Positions 1-10,500 of a DNA stretch of 64,000 bases are shown here, piece after piece (the stretch's first letter is position 1; each line of letters begins with the position of its first letter). The stretch comes from Bythopirellula sp. (GTDB lineage: Bacteria; Planctomycetota; Planctomycetia; Pirellulales; Lacipirellulaceae), in assembly GCA_965216565.1 (NCBI GenBank), contig OZ244170.1, positions 3,520,001 to 3,584,000 on the forward strand. Direction: 5' to 3'. The position numbers and the translations under genes were made by a program. Under the pieces are notes generated by a model. That model was not told where the DNA came from and ran no database searches. It was given only the letters and a program-made list of their open reading frames with translations.

Positions 1-2
1 AT

Positions 3-203
3 ATGGATGGCGATGTCGACGGCATCGACTTCTTAATCATCCAAAGCACGAACCCGTCCCTCATTCCCCTCTGGGAATCGCAATACGGCTACAGTTCGTC
101 TCATGTCGCGGCAGTCAGCAGCGTGCCAGAGCCCTCGACGATTGTGTTGGCACTCCTCATGACCGTTGCGAGTGGCCTCCGACGCGTACGAACAACCAGC
201 TAA
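3..203 (+). CDS. PEP-CTERM sorting-domain protein, C-terminal fragment (5' end lies outside the window)
   Basis: Ends VPEPSTIVLALLMTVASGLRRVRTTS (PEP motif, TM helix, basic tail), preceded by a DGDVDGIDFL dockerin/EF-hand-like motif. Confidence 0.85.
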   Translation: MDGDVDGIDFLIIQSTNPSLIPLWESQYGYSSSHVAAVSSVPEPSTIVLALLMTVASGLRRVRTTS

Positions 204-659
204 CCGTCCACATGTTCGCATGGCCGATGAATAGGGATACGTAATTCCTAGAGAGCGCTGCATCTCAAGCTTGATCGACAGGTTCTTCGGTGCGATTTCG
301 CGAACGCTCTCTCGTGTGCTACATCTTCCTCGTGCCCTTAGTGTCTTTGTGGTTCGACAATTTTTCCCGCACCATCTCCGCTACCATCACGCCGCTCCGT
401 GTCAAGTTGATTCTTTTCGCTACTACCTAAAAATTGCTAGCAACAAATTGGCCGCTTGAAAGGCCACTTTCGCAATTGTCAAGTGAAGTTTTTTTGACAA
501 AAACTTTCTCGCCCGAATCGCCTTTGTCGCTCTTCATGGTGGCAAGTATAATTGGGAACTGAAACGATCAATCGCCAAGTGAAACGAACACGCAATTTGC
601 GAAGCGAACACCGATTCACGACGCGACTTAAACATAAACAATGTGTGGGTACCGAAGAC

Positions 660-1202
660 GTGCTTTCTGTAAGACCTAAAGTTGCTGAGTTAGTTTTTCA
701 ACTCTACGGGCGCTCCCTGCATCCCGAGCTCTTTGAAATCCATCAATCTCGCTCGATCAAGCGCGCAGGTTACGAGGCCCAGGTGCAGATTACCAGTGCC
801 GGCCATTGTGTGCTTTGGAAGTACGAAGGGATTATTCTCACTGAGGTCGCGACCGCCGCGCATCACCCCCTGCCTACCACACGTCGTTTAATATCTCATA
901 AACTCAAAGGCGACCGCTCCGACCGATTAGAATGTCATGGCGGAGTGCAGTACGAAATGGCATTTTCAGTAGAACCTGCCGACGCCGACAAGTTTCGTGC
1001 CTATCAAAGACAGTTGACTCTGCAGGCCACCCGCAAGGGAATGCTGCAACAGTTCGATGCAAGTGGACGATTAGAAACCGGCGCGATGAGTTATATCAAT
1101 GTCGAGTCGCGCGACAAACTGCTCAAAGTACAGGCGTTCCATACGTTCCCAGACGACTGCGCGATTCTCAAGATTCAATCGTCGTACCGAATCCCGGGTT
1201 AA
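660..1202 (+). CDS. DUF2617-like conserved hypothetical protein
   Basis: Likely GTG start at 660 (VLSVRPKVAELVFQLYGRSLHPELF) and C-terminal QAFHTFPDDCAILKIQS, which resemble DUF2617 as recalled. The ORF track opens at 552. Confidence 0.65.
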   Translation: MLSVRPKVAELVFQLYGRSLHPELFEIHQSRSIKRAGYEAQVQITSAGHCVLWKYEGIILTEVATAAHHPLPTTRRLISHKLKGDRSDRLECHGGVQYEMAFSVEPADADKFRAYQRQLTLQATRKGMLQQFDASGRLETGAMSYINVESRDKLLKVQAFHTFPDDCAILKIQSSYRIPG

Positions 1203-1265
1203 CAGTGTCGGCAATGACACGATGAATACGTCGCGACCGAGCGGAGCAGCTTTGCTCAAAAAGCC

Positions 1266-2084
1266 TTAGCCTGTCAAACCCGCAGCAAAACTCTGAATCG
1301 CTTCGGTCACCGCGTCGGGATTCTCAAGCGTTGTCATATGGCCAGCCGCTGGGATCTCCACAAACTCTGCTTGGGGCATAGCCAGGGCCATCTCTTTCAT
1401 TTCCTGCGGCGTGCTGATTTGATCCTCAGCCCCCACGAGCACTAACGCAGGCCAGTTGAACGTCGCCAATTCCTCACGCATGTCGGGCCGACGTGCCATG
1501 CCTCGCTGTGCGGCCGCAATAGCAGCCGGGTCGCTGCGACGAATCATTTTGTCGATCTCGTCGGCGATCTCGGGTCGATGGGCAGGGGTGCTGGGGGAGA
1601 GCAGTTTCGGCAGCATCGCCTCAGCTGCCGATCCTGCCCCGGCGGTGGCAATTCCGTCTGCCATCTCAATCCGCTTTGCCGCACCCTCGGCCGTATCGGC
1701 CGCGGCCTTGGTGTCGCAAAACACTAATGCGCGTATTCGTGCTGGAAACAGACGGGCGAGGCTCAACAGAACATATCCGCCCATCGAAAAACCACAAAAG
1801 ATGGCAGGCTCGGAGACTCTCGCATGGTCCAGCGCCGCCACCACATCGGCTGCGTAGTCGGCCATGTCGATTCCCACATCGCCATTGTCTTCGTCAAGTG
1901 TACTTCCGCCGAACCCTCGCAGATCTGGCGCAAACACTTTGTGTGTTTCGGCCAGGGCCGCAATCTGTGGACTCCACATCTTGTGGTCGAGCGGAAAGCC
2001 ATGAATCAAGACAAGCGGCGAACCCTGCCCGCTGAGGTAATAGCTCAGCTGATAGTCGTCGCGAGAAAACGTTGTTCGGGGCAT
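1266..2084 (-). CDS. alpha/beta fold hydrolase
   Basis: LVLIHGFP oxyanion motif, GFSMGG nucleophile elbow, GAED acid and AGH histidine. ATG at 2084 preferred because it avoids overlap with the upstream gene. Confidence 0.9.
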   Translation of the reverse strand: MPRTTFSRDDYQLSYYLSGQGSPLVLIHGFPLDHKMWSPQIAALAETHKVFAPDLRGFGGSTLDEDNGDVGIDMADYAADVVAALDHARVSEPAIFCGFSMGGYVLLSLARLFPARIRALVFCDTKAAADTAEGAAKRIEMADGIATAGAGSAAEAMLPKLLSPSTPAHRPEIADEIDKMIRRSDPAAIAAAQRGMARRPDMREELATFNWPALVLVGAEDQISTPQEMKEMALAMPQAEFVEIPAAGHMTTLENPDAVTEAIQSFAAGLTG

Positions 2085-2094
2085 CGACCAATCC

Positions 2095-3921
2095 CTATGG
2101 GACAGAAGCATTTTGTTTTGCAAGTTCCGCTTCGAACATTGCCAACTGCTTTCGCATGACCTGCAAATAGGGATGCATTTCGACGGCTTGGCGTTGGACT
2201 TCCACGGCTTTTTCTAATTCGCCTGCCGCGTAGTAACATCTACCGAGCGTATCCATAAAGCTGGGGCTTTCTGGACTCAGTTCCAGCGAGCGCAAAGAAT
2301 ACTGAACCGCCTTCTTGTAATCCCCTTCGGTGTTACTAATCAACCACGCCCAGTGATTGTAAGACTGAGCATCTTCAGGACGCTCCTTGAGATATCCCTC
2401 CAATTCCTCGGCTGCTTTCTGTATGCGCTGTTGCGTCTTGTTGACGTAGGCCTCATCCGCTTCCGGCGAACGGTACATAGCAATCAACACATCCGCATCC
2501 AAATTCTCGTAACGGAAAGCAGAATCGAGCAACTTACGCTGGAGGTCGTAATCTCCCTCGTCCCGTGCGTGACAAGCTTGGAAATAGTCTCGCTGCGAGA
2601 AAAACAACCTCAACGCGCTATTGCGAAGCACTTGAGCCTTGAGGCGTCCATTCTCGTCAATCGCGGTACACAACTCGGCCAACAGCTCGGCAGCCTGTTG
2701 GTTCTCGCCGCGATCATGCAACCGCAAACTGGCTAGCCAACGTCTGGCATCGGCGGACTGCAGTACGGGCAACTCATCGACCACATATTGCCATTCCCGC
2801 TCTGCCCAGTCGTGCCGACCCATTTCGCCAATCACACTCGCAATCCCGGAACGCTGGCGGACATCGTCGGTGGTTAGATTGTAAGCCTGCTTGGCGATTT
2901 CCTCAGCCGCCTCTGTGTCTTCGATGCGCCAACGTACCAGTGCGGTGAAATAAGTCAGCAGCCGATCTCCTTCGATTTCGTCTGCATACTGCTTCTCTAA
3001 CAGAGGAGAAATATCGAACCGCTTGTGCTCCCAAATCCAATTGAAGGCAAAATAGATACTGGAATCTGAAGTACTCTGATCATTATTGGCAATGCCCGCT
3101 CGCCGCTGCAAAACATCGTAGACGAGCTGCGGATCTGGATTCTCGCTGCAAATTTCTAAAAAGTGGTCGACAAGAGTAGACGTCAGTTTTTGGCTCGTCT
3201 CTGGCGAGTCTTCTGTAAGGAGCTCGATCTCACGATCGATGATGGCAAACCACTGATCGTTACTCGCTGCGTCTGATCTTGAGCGTACCCGTTCCAATGC
3301 CACCTTGATCCACTCCGCAGGAACCCGCAGGCTACCGCCCAACTCCGTCTCAATCATCGCGATTTGGCCGGTGGTAGGATGGGAAGCTTCGACGCTAGAA
3401 ATGACTTTCAAAGCTGCGTAACGGGCGAGCTGAAGCGACGGCTCGAACCGGACGATCCGGCACAACGCACCGATGCCTTGCGCGTTGGGAATTGCTGCCA
3501 GCCCGTCCATCCGACCTTTACGCTCTTCCAACGAGAGTGAATCGTAACGCTTTAGCAGGAGCTTGACGTCGTTTGGGTCCTCGGCATGAACCCATTCGAT
3601 GCGAAGTTTCTGCAAGATGTAGCTGGCACGAACGGCTATTTCCAAATCGGGGTGTTGCTGAACTCCTTGCAAACGATCAAACACATCCGAACCAAGCTCG
3701 ATAAGCTTCTCTTCTGCTGCCTGACGGCTATAGAAATCGTCGTCCCCAAGTTGTTCAATGAGTTTGGCAATCGACTGAGCTTGGCCAGAGGAATCTTTGG
3801 CGGGCGAGGTATCCGTAGTCGCGGCAAAGTTGAGCTGGATGCCTAAAGAGAGCGAAACGATTGCACCACAGGCGAATCGGCTGAGGAGGCGACTCTTGCA
3901 GTTGCATCGGCTAAGGGCCAT
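2095..3921 (-). CDS. exported TPR/HEAT-repeat protein
   Basis: N-terminal hydrophobic stretch, HEAT-like LIEQLGDDDFYSRQAAEEKL, and C-terminal TPRs (YNHWAWL...FMDTLGRCYYAAGELEKAV). Start uncertain (3921 or 3963). Confidence 0.75.
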   Translation of the reverse strand: MALSRCNCKSRLLSRFACGAIVSLSLGIQLNFAATTDTSPAKDSSGQAQSIAKLIEQLGDDDFYSRQAAEEKLIELGSDVFDRLQGVQQHPDLEIAVRASYILQKLRIEWVHAEDPNDVKLLLKRYDSLSLEERKGRMDGLAAIPNAQGIGALCRIVRFEPSLQLARYAALKVISSVEASHPTTGQIAMIETELGGSLRVPAEWIKVALERVRSRSDAASNDQWFAIIDREIELLTEDSPETSQKLTSTLVDHFLEICSENPDPQLVYDVLQRRAGIANNDQSTSDSSIYFAFNWIWEHKRFDISPLLEKQYADEIEGDRLLTYFTALVRWRIEDTEAAEEIAKQAYNLTTDDVRQRSGIASVIGEMGRHDWAEREWQYVVDELPVLQSADARRWLASLRLHDRGENQQAAELLAELCTAIDENGRLKAQVLRNSALRLFFSQRDYFQACHARDEGDYDLQRKLLDSAFRYENLDADVLIAMYRSPEADEAYVNKTQQRIQKAAEELEGYLKERPEDAQSYNHWAWLISNTEGDYKKAVQYSLRSLELSPESPSFMDTLGRCYYAAGELEKAVEVQRQAVEMHPYLQVMRKQLAMFEAELAKQNASVP

Positions 3922-4041
3922 AAGAAACTCTGCACCGCAATTAGTTGGTATGAACGAGCTCAATTGAATCGACTTGATCCCGATGAGGACATCCGGGCTG
4001 AGTCCGAACCAATTTCTCCAAACAATTCTTAGTTGGGGAGC

Positions 4042-4482
4042 TTAGGACTCAGGCTGCTCCATTTGTTCAATATACTGCCTAAGCCGCTCTAGTTCGTCAC
4101 TTACATTGCGGAGTTTCAGCATATTTTCAACTCGTTTTACGAGTTCGACCTTATTTACGGGCTTCGAAAGAAAATCGTCCGTGCCAGCTTCCACAGCTCG
4201 TTCGATATCGCCCAGCTCGTTGAGGGCTGTGATCATCAAGATCATGATGCCGCTTTTCTCCGGATCATCTTTCAGCCGCTGACAGACTTCAAAGCCACTT
4301 AGCTTGGGCATCATGATGTCCAGCAGTATCAAGTCGGGCTTGAATTGCTCGACTTTATCGAGCGTATCTTGACCGTCCACCGCCACGAGCGTCTCAATTT
4401 CCATGCCGGCCACATAGGCCTCGAGCAATTCGACGTTCGCTTCGTTGTCGTCAGCAATCAGTACGCGGGGTTTATCAGCCAT
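4042..4482 (-). CDS. single-domain response regulator (receiver) with short C-terminal helix
   Basis: VLIADD, LILLDIMMP (phospho-Asp), ITA and FLSKP motifs. Confidence 0.92.
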   Translation of the reverse strand: MADKPRVLIADDNEANVELLEAYVAGMEIETLVAVDGQDTLDKVEQFKPDLILLDIMMPKLSGFEVCQRLKDDPEKSGIMILMITALNELGDIERAVEAGTDDFLSKPVNKVELVKRVENMLKLRNVSDELERLRQYIEQMEQPES

Positions 4483-4551
4483 GAGTCTGTATGGTGTCCT
4501 TATTCTAACAACTTGGCGTTGTAGTTTTTCAAGCGGCTAATGTTCGGCAAT

Positions 4552-5826
4552 TTATCCCGAGGCGGATGCCCCAGCCTGTTCCAGCGTTGCCGCGGGCACG
4601 GGAAAATCGCGGCATAGCTCGCGGATTTCGCCTTTGATTTTTTCGTGGACCGACGCCTCTTCCGGAGCCCGTAAGGCTTCGAGAATCCAGCGAGCAATCG
4701 TCCGCATTTCCTCGGTTCCCATGCCGCGGCTCGTTAGGGCTGGCGAGCCAATTCTAATTCCCGAGGGATCGTCTGGCCTGCGCTCGTCGTAAGGAATCAT
4801 GTTTTTATTGACGGTGATTCCGCTGGCATCGAGCACCTGCTCGGCCATTTTGCCGCCAACACCCAGAGGAAGAACATTGACCAACAGCAAATGGTTATCA
4901 GTTCCGCCGCTGACGAGTTTCAAACCACCGCTGGCCAGGGCTTCGGCCAGCACCTGGGCATTGTCGATCACTTGCTGAATGTACGTCTTGAACTCTGGCT
5001 TGAGCGCTTCCCCGAAACAAACCGCTTTGCCGGCAACCACATGCATGAGCGGTCCACCCTGAATTCCCGGGAAGACGCGACTATTGATTGTCTTAGCGTA
5101 TTTCTTTTTTGCCAGACAAAGCCCGGCACGAGGCCCGCGCAGTGTTTTATGAGTAGTCGTGGTCACAAAGTCTGCGACCGGCACCGGATTATCGTGCAAA
5201 CCCGCGGCAACCAATCCCGAATAGTGGGCCATATCGACCATTAGTTTGGCACCCACGTCCGCCGCGATCTCGGCAAATCGGCCATGGGGGATTTCGCGCG
5301 GATAGGCACTCGCCCCGGCGACAATCATTTTTGGCTTATGCTCCCGCGCCAGTTGAGCCACTTGGTCAAAATCGATGCGATGGTCTTCTTCCCGCACGCC
5401 ATAACTGACGAAATTGTACAGCATGCCGGAAATGTTGAGGTGCATGCCGTGGGTGAGGTGACCGCCGTGAGCCAGGTCCAAACCCAGCACCGTATCGCCG
5501 GGCTCGAGCGCGGCTAGATAGATGGCCATGTTGGCTTGCGAGCCCGAGTGTGGCTGCACATTGGCAAACTCGGCACCGAACAATTTCTTGGCTCGATTAC
5601 GGGCAATGTCCTCAACCACGTCGACATACTCGCAACCGCCGTAGTAACGTCGTCCCGGGTACCCTTCGGCGTATTTGTTCGTGAGCACACCACCGACCGC
5701 CTGCATGACTGCGGGACTGGTGTAGTTTTCACTGGCAATCAATTCCAGCCCGTCCTGTTGCCGATCGATTTCATCGGCTACAGCGGACCACACTTCAGGA
5801 TCTTGGGAGGCAAGAATATTAGTCAT
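4552..5826 (-). CDS. glyA: serine hydroxymethyltransferase
   Basis: [22 protein letters not shown] and [12 protein letters not shown] (PLP lysine). ATG at 5826. Confidence 0.98.
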   Translation of the reverse strand: MTNILASQDPEVWSAVADEIDRQQDGLELIASENYTSPAVMQAVGGVLTNKYAEGYPGRRYYGGCEYVDVVEDIARNRAKKLFGAEFANVQPHSGSQANMAIYLAALEPGDTVLGLDLAHGGHLTHGMHLNISGMLYNFVSYGVREEDHRIDFDQVAQLAREHKPKMIVAGASAYPREIPHGRFAEIAADVGAKLMVDMAHYSGLVAAGLHDNPVPVADFVTTTTHKTLRGPRAGLCLAKKKYAKTINSRVFPGIQGGPLMHVVAGKAVCFGEALKPEFKTYIQQVIDNAQVLAEALASGGLKLVSGGTDNHLLLVNVLPLGVGGKMAEQVLDASGITVNKNMIPYDERRPDDPSGIRIGSPALTSRGMGTEEMRTIARWILEALRAPEEASVHEKIKGEIRELCRDFPVPAATLEQAGASASG

Positions 5827-5912
5827 CGAATACTCAATCGTTGAATTCAATTTGCAGGCAATGGGGTGAGTTTGGCATCGCGATCGTTCAGGATTGCCGG
5901 TTGAATACTGTT

Positions 5913-5941
5913 ATTGTCAATCCAGTCGGCTGAAGTGTCAA
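5913..5941 (-). promoter_or_regulatory. putative sigma70-type promoter of glyA
   Basis: The minus strand reads TTGACA-N17-GACAAT, ending about 85 nt upstream of the glyA ATG. Confidence 0.5.
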
Positions 5942-6081
5942 TCGTCGCCCGGCGTAGGTAATGTCTTGGGACTGTGTTGCTAAGGAGTCAAGAAAGGAGA
6001 GGAGATAGGGGGATGAATGGGGATGACGGGGATGGCTCGTTCTGCCGCCGGCCACTTTAGTACGACTGCGCAGGACCAGAA

Positions 6082-6168
6082 GTCGAATAAAGGGGACTGG
6101 CTCGACGCACGATAACGGCTTGCGCCTGAGCACACTTCGGGGCGTCGTGCCTGTCCCCTTTATTCGAC
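6082..6168. repeat. intergenic palindromic element (27-bp arms, 2 mismatches)
   Basis: gtcgaataaaggggactggctcgacgc (6082-6108) pairs with gcgtcgtgcctgtcccctttattcgac (6142-6168). Confidence 0.85.
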
Positions 6169-6225
6169 AATATCCAGCATTACCCTATCTCCTGAACGTT
6201 TTAGTGACAGCACCGTTATAGGACA

Positions 6226-7524
6226 CTACTCCAGCGAATTACTTTCAGTTAGAGTCACACGAAGTGTGCCCTTATTATCAGACAAGTTCGCGGCAGATTC
6301 GTTCACCCGTAAATAGAGGACCGAGACCCTGGCAGGTTCGATCGTTGCCTGGCGGCCTAGATCGAGCGGATTGGCAAAGTCAATCGTAGGCCTGACACCC
6401 AGGGGCCTCAGCACGCCGATGAGTTTGCCAAGGGGCTGGCCGTTGTGATAGCGAATGGTCACGCCGTCTGGTTCGCAAGGCCAAGGCTCCGAATCGTGGG
6501 CAACCTGGTAACGTCCGCTAGCCGAGAGATGATACCTGCGACCTGCTTGCAGCTGCCAACCAGTGCTCTGCCAGCCTTGGGTAGCTGAGATCTCGATAGT
6601 GTCGCCCAGAGGCTCTCGAATACTCGGGCCATGCTCAACCATCATCCGCTCTACGTCATACCCATAGTCCAGCGCAGCGATGAATGCCTGCCATTCCATT
6701 TTCAGTTCATGCCAGTGCTGAGCAAACAGGCGTTTGAAATTTCGATTGAATTCTTTTTGGCTGTAATCGCTTTCGGCGAGAAACTCCCAAGCCTTGCGAA
6801 ATTTTTCTTGGTGTCGGGGATGGGAATCGAAGAACTTGCACAAAGCCCAACACCAAGCGTATTGCTCGGTGGTGAGTGCGCGGCCTTGGCGAAGCTCGAT
6901 GACACCGTCCATTGGTAGCGGCTTGCTTTCGCGGATCAACTTGATGCGTCCCCACAAGGGCGTCTCCTCGCGGTTGTTTGGAAAATACCGCAGCACTAGT
7001 TGTCCATCTTCCCAACGATGCGTACCAAGCAGTTCCGCCATGCCTTCCATGTACCAACCGGGTGCCGCCTGGCCGAGAAAGGCGTACATGAAGCCGTGTG
7101 TTCCTTCATGCAGCAAAAGATGTCGCCGGTAATAATCGCTGCTTGGCTCGGCAATCCACAGCTCAGCATCCTGGCAGTAACCATTGGCGAACTTACGATT
7201 TGTTTCTGGCAACAATCCGAGTGCTGCAAACTTCGCACGATCTTCCATGAGGAATGCCTGCATTTGCCAGGTTCCGACTTGCTCCCTTGGAATCCCAAAG
7301 TAATCGGCCCAAAGTGGCACGGCTGCATCGAATACCGCGCCGAGCCCATCCACGGCATCGCTCGGCGGAAGATCGGTGTAGAGCCGCAGATGACGACCTG
7401 CGATTTTACGGATGCCAACTTGAGCTGCGCGGCGCTCGTCGACCTTGCGCTGGGAGACCTGTCCGAAGGTGGTGTCTACACACAGTAGACAAACTGCCAC
7501 GAAGATTAAGAGCAATCGGATCAA
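6226..7524 (-). CDS. secreted HExxH (DUF1570-like/gluzincin) protein with C-terminal beta-sandwich domain
   Basis: Signal peptide, LLLHEGTH followed by WYMEGMAE, and a C-terminal domain with WQSTG...GKLIG...LYLRVNE...DNKG. Confidence 0.65.
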   Translation of the reverse strand: MIRLLLIFVAVCLLCVDTTFGQVSQRKVDERRAAQVGIRKIAGRHLRLYTDLPPSDAVDGLGAVFDAAVPLWADYFGIPREQVGTWQMQAFLMEDRAKFAALGLLPETNRKFANGYCQDAELWIAEPSSDYYRRHLLLHEGTHGFMYAFLGQAAPGWYMEGMAELLGTHRWEDGQLVLRYFPNNREETPLWGRIKLIRESKPLPMDGVIELRQGRALTTEQYAWCWALCKFFDSHPRHQEKFRKAWEFLAESDYSQKEFNRNFKRLFAQHWHELKMEWQAFIAALDYGYDVERMMVEHGPSIREPLGDTIEISATQGWQSTGWQLQAGRRYHLSASGRYQVAHDSEPWPCEPDGVTIRYHNGQPLGKLIGVLRPLGVRPTIDFANPLDLGRQATIEPARVSVLYLRVNESAANLSDNKGTLRVTLTESNSLE

Positions 7525-7589
7525 GCTGGCTCCTGGAGCACCGGCGATCCGTCGGATCGCGGCTACTCTCGAAAAAATTCTGCAACGTT

Positions 7590-10500
7590 TTACTTGAATA
7601 GCTTATCAAAAGCCCGGTTCAATTCATCGCCAATAACTTGCGAGGCGGCACCTTGGAGCAATTGCTGCGACAAGTTGGCTACCGCGCTGCTGTCGAGGCG
7701 TGGGTTATCGAACGTGCCGGTAATGGGGATCTTCAGCACCTGTCCTGCCAGCGACTGAAACGCCCGCTTATCCCCCAGCCATTTTCGCTGGATCGGAACA
7801 TCGAGTTCCATGGCAAGAGTTTGATCGAACCCTACCGATCCATTCGAGCGAACCGGGACATCGTCGATCGTGAATTGCAGGTCACGATGGTACACTCGTC
7901 CCTGTGCAACCTGAAATTGGATTTGTTGGTCCGTCATCGAAAGCAATTTCACTTCGCTGGGGGTGGTTGCCGATTGCAACAGACGGTCGCTCTGGGTGAG
8001 CGATTCTAGTTGACTAATTAACGAAGCCAGATCGTTCAACATAGGCCCTGGGGTCACTCGCAATTGGTGAACTTCCAGCTTTCCGGTGACACGGGCCTGT
8101 TCCGGCACAGCCAGCGGCACTTGGGTGTTTTCTAAGTCGAGAGAGAATTGCCCTTGCGCGCGTGTAGCGCCGGCTAGGATAGGTGCCACGTATTTCAGCA
8201 TCGCCTCACTCACTTCCGGAGAGATCGATACGTTGGAAATCAACGGACCCCGCGGCAACACAATCTGCTCGGCACCGGGCGAAAGGTAAGCGACCGGCTT
8301 GGCGGTGAGTCGGCCTTGCCCCACAGCCACATCGAGCGGTGCAATTTGCAACTGCCCATCGCGAAGCGTACCTTGGAGCTTTCCGCCACCCACCTCCAAG
8401 CCAAAAATGTCGGCCGTGTTCCAGCCGGCTTCCGCCGATGCACTCCACATTTTCGACCAATCCTGAGATTGCCCGCTGCCATCGGCAAGTTGACCTGCTA
8501 CTTGGAACCGAACCTGACGATCGCCCTGCAGTTGCACTTCCGGGCCCAGGTAGGTTGCGAGTAGTTGCGCAAGTGCCTCGGAATCGTATTGCAAAGCACC
8601 GGAGGCCTGCACGAGTCCATCGCTCGTTAGCTTTTCCACCTTGGCGGTACCATCGACGCGGAGCGTTTGCCCTGTGAGTGAAATCTTGTCGACGGCCATG
8701 CGATCGGCGTTTACATTGTAATTCAGATCAACCACTGTCTGAAGTTTGGGTTCGCTCCAGGCAATTTGTGGCTGAACACCTGCTGCCCCGGTGCCGCCCG
8801 CGCGGACAATCGCCAGTTGGTCGACATCAGTGGAGATATTAGCTTTCACAAGGCTACCGTCGCTCGAAAGTTTCATGCGCCCTACGGCATTGCCTCGCGC
8901 CCAACTTGCATCGCGACCGCCGATAAGTCCGAGCGCGGAACTCAGCCGTTCCAGATCGGCCCGAAACGCCATTCCTCCTCGGGCTGTTGGCACCGTGCCC
9001 TCGGCAAGCTTGAGCAAAATATCGGCCGATCGGAATGTCACAGTGCTCGACTGAAAAGTTGCTTCTCGCGAGGCGAGATTTCCCGCCTCTTGGTCCCAGC
9101 GAAAATCGCCCGCAAACTCGACACGGGGTTCGACGATTTGCATCGCTTCTTTGCGGAGCTGAAGATTCGTCAGTCGTCCGGAGGACTCGACAACTTGCAC
9201 ATATCCGGGCGCCGAGATCAGCTTGGCCTGAAGTTGCGCCTCGCCTTCGAGTTGTTCCGGCATGGCATCGACCCAAGGTCGTAACCGACCGGCCCACGAC
9301 GCCAGCGGACCGGCAGCCTCGACGGAGAGGTTCAAAGTTGGCGACGCCGCTTCGAGCGAGATGGGTTGGAGCAGCTCCGCATCAAAACGATCCCGGGCTC
9401 CACGGAGCTCGGCAGTGAACGAGGAAAGTTGACGAGGTTGAGAATCCACGGCCGTTCCGCCCGCGTTGAGCGTGACCTTTAGTTGAGGCTCGGCCCAAAC
9501 CAAATTGTTGCTCTTGGCAACATTCAATTCGGTAAGCTTGAGTTCAGCCCCAGCACGAAACTGATCATCTTTCGTAGGTACAAATTCGAGGGTACCCTCG
9601 CCCCGACCCTGAAAATGCCAGTCGTCGAGATCGACAAACTTGGCCAATTCGTCCGAAAGCTTTTGTAAATCAAATTGAAAACTGCCATCGACTCGTTCGC
9701 GGGTCGATTCGAGATTGGCTTCGGCAAAGGGCGATACCAGCGACACATTCTTGAGCTGTGGACCGCCAGAGCTGTCTGCTAGCGCCATCTTGGCTTCAAT
9801 TGGCTCGGTCCAACGGATTGCCCGCCGGCCGTCGTTGCCTACGACATTGGAGATCGTTGCCGCAAGCGTCCAAGCAAATCCTTCGTCGGCCGAATTGGTG
9901 CCTGCTTGAAATTCCAAATCGCCCGAGTCGATCCATACTCCCTGGCGAAGCTGCAATGTATTGGGCAACATGGCCGCTAGAGTTTGCAGCTGCACTTTGC
10001 CAGCCAGCCCATTCGGACTGCGGGGAAGATGTTGCAGGTCGAGTGTGCCAAGATCTGCCAGGTTGAATGTTCCCTGCAGATTCACCTGGGCCCAGTCACT
10101 GACGATGTTCAATCGCTGAAAATGAATCTCATCATTCTGCAATGACAACTCCCAGGGAGCATTGAGCGTTTGAAACTGAATGCGGTCGCCAGCAATCGCA
10201 TCGGCCTGCAAGCTGATTTGGCTTCCCTCCAATCGACCGGTCGAACTGAGACTCGTCTGCCCTTGATCGTCGGTGCCAATCGTGACTTGGGCATCGGTCG
10301 AAGCACGACCATTCAGCCACGCACCAGGAAGCACTCTGGCGAGCCACGGTTGCAGAGGTTCTAGGGGCAAGTCTTCGGTTAGCAAATTGACTTCGGTTTC
10401 ATTCGGAGAGGACTGCTGCATGCGAAGATTGAGTCGGCCAACTTGCGGTTGGTCGTCGACCGTCAGTTCCCCGGTGCAGGTTGTCGCAACGCCTCCAGGC

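Noticed and set aside
5827..6080. Possible ZMP/ZTP or glycine riboswitch upstream of glyA
   Set aside because: Consensus elements (for example the 3' CGCCUGGGC of the ZTP riboswitch) were not found by eye, and the predicted leader is only about 80 nt. An Infernal/Rfam scan would settle it.
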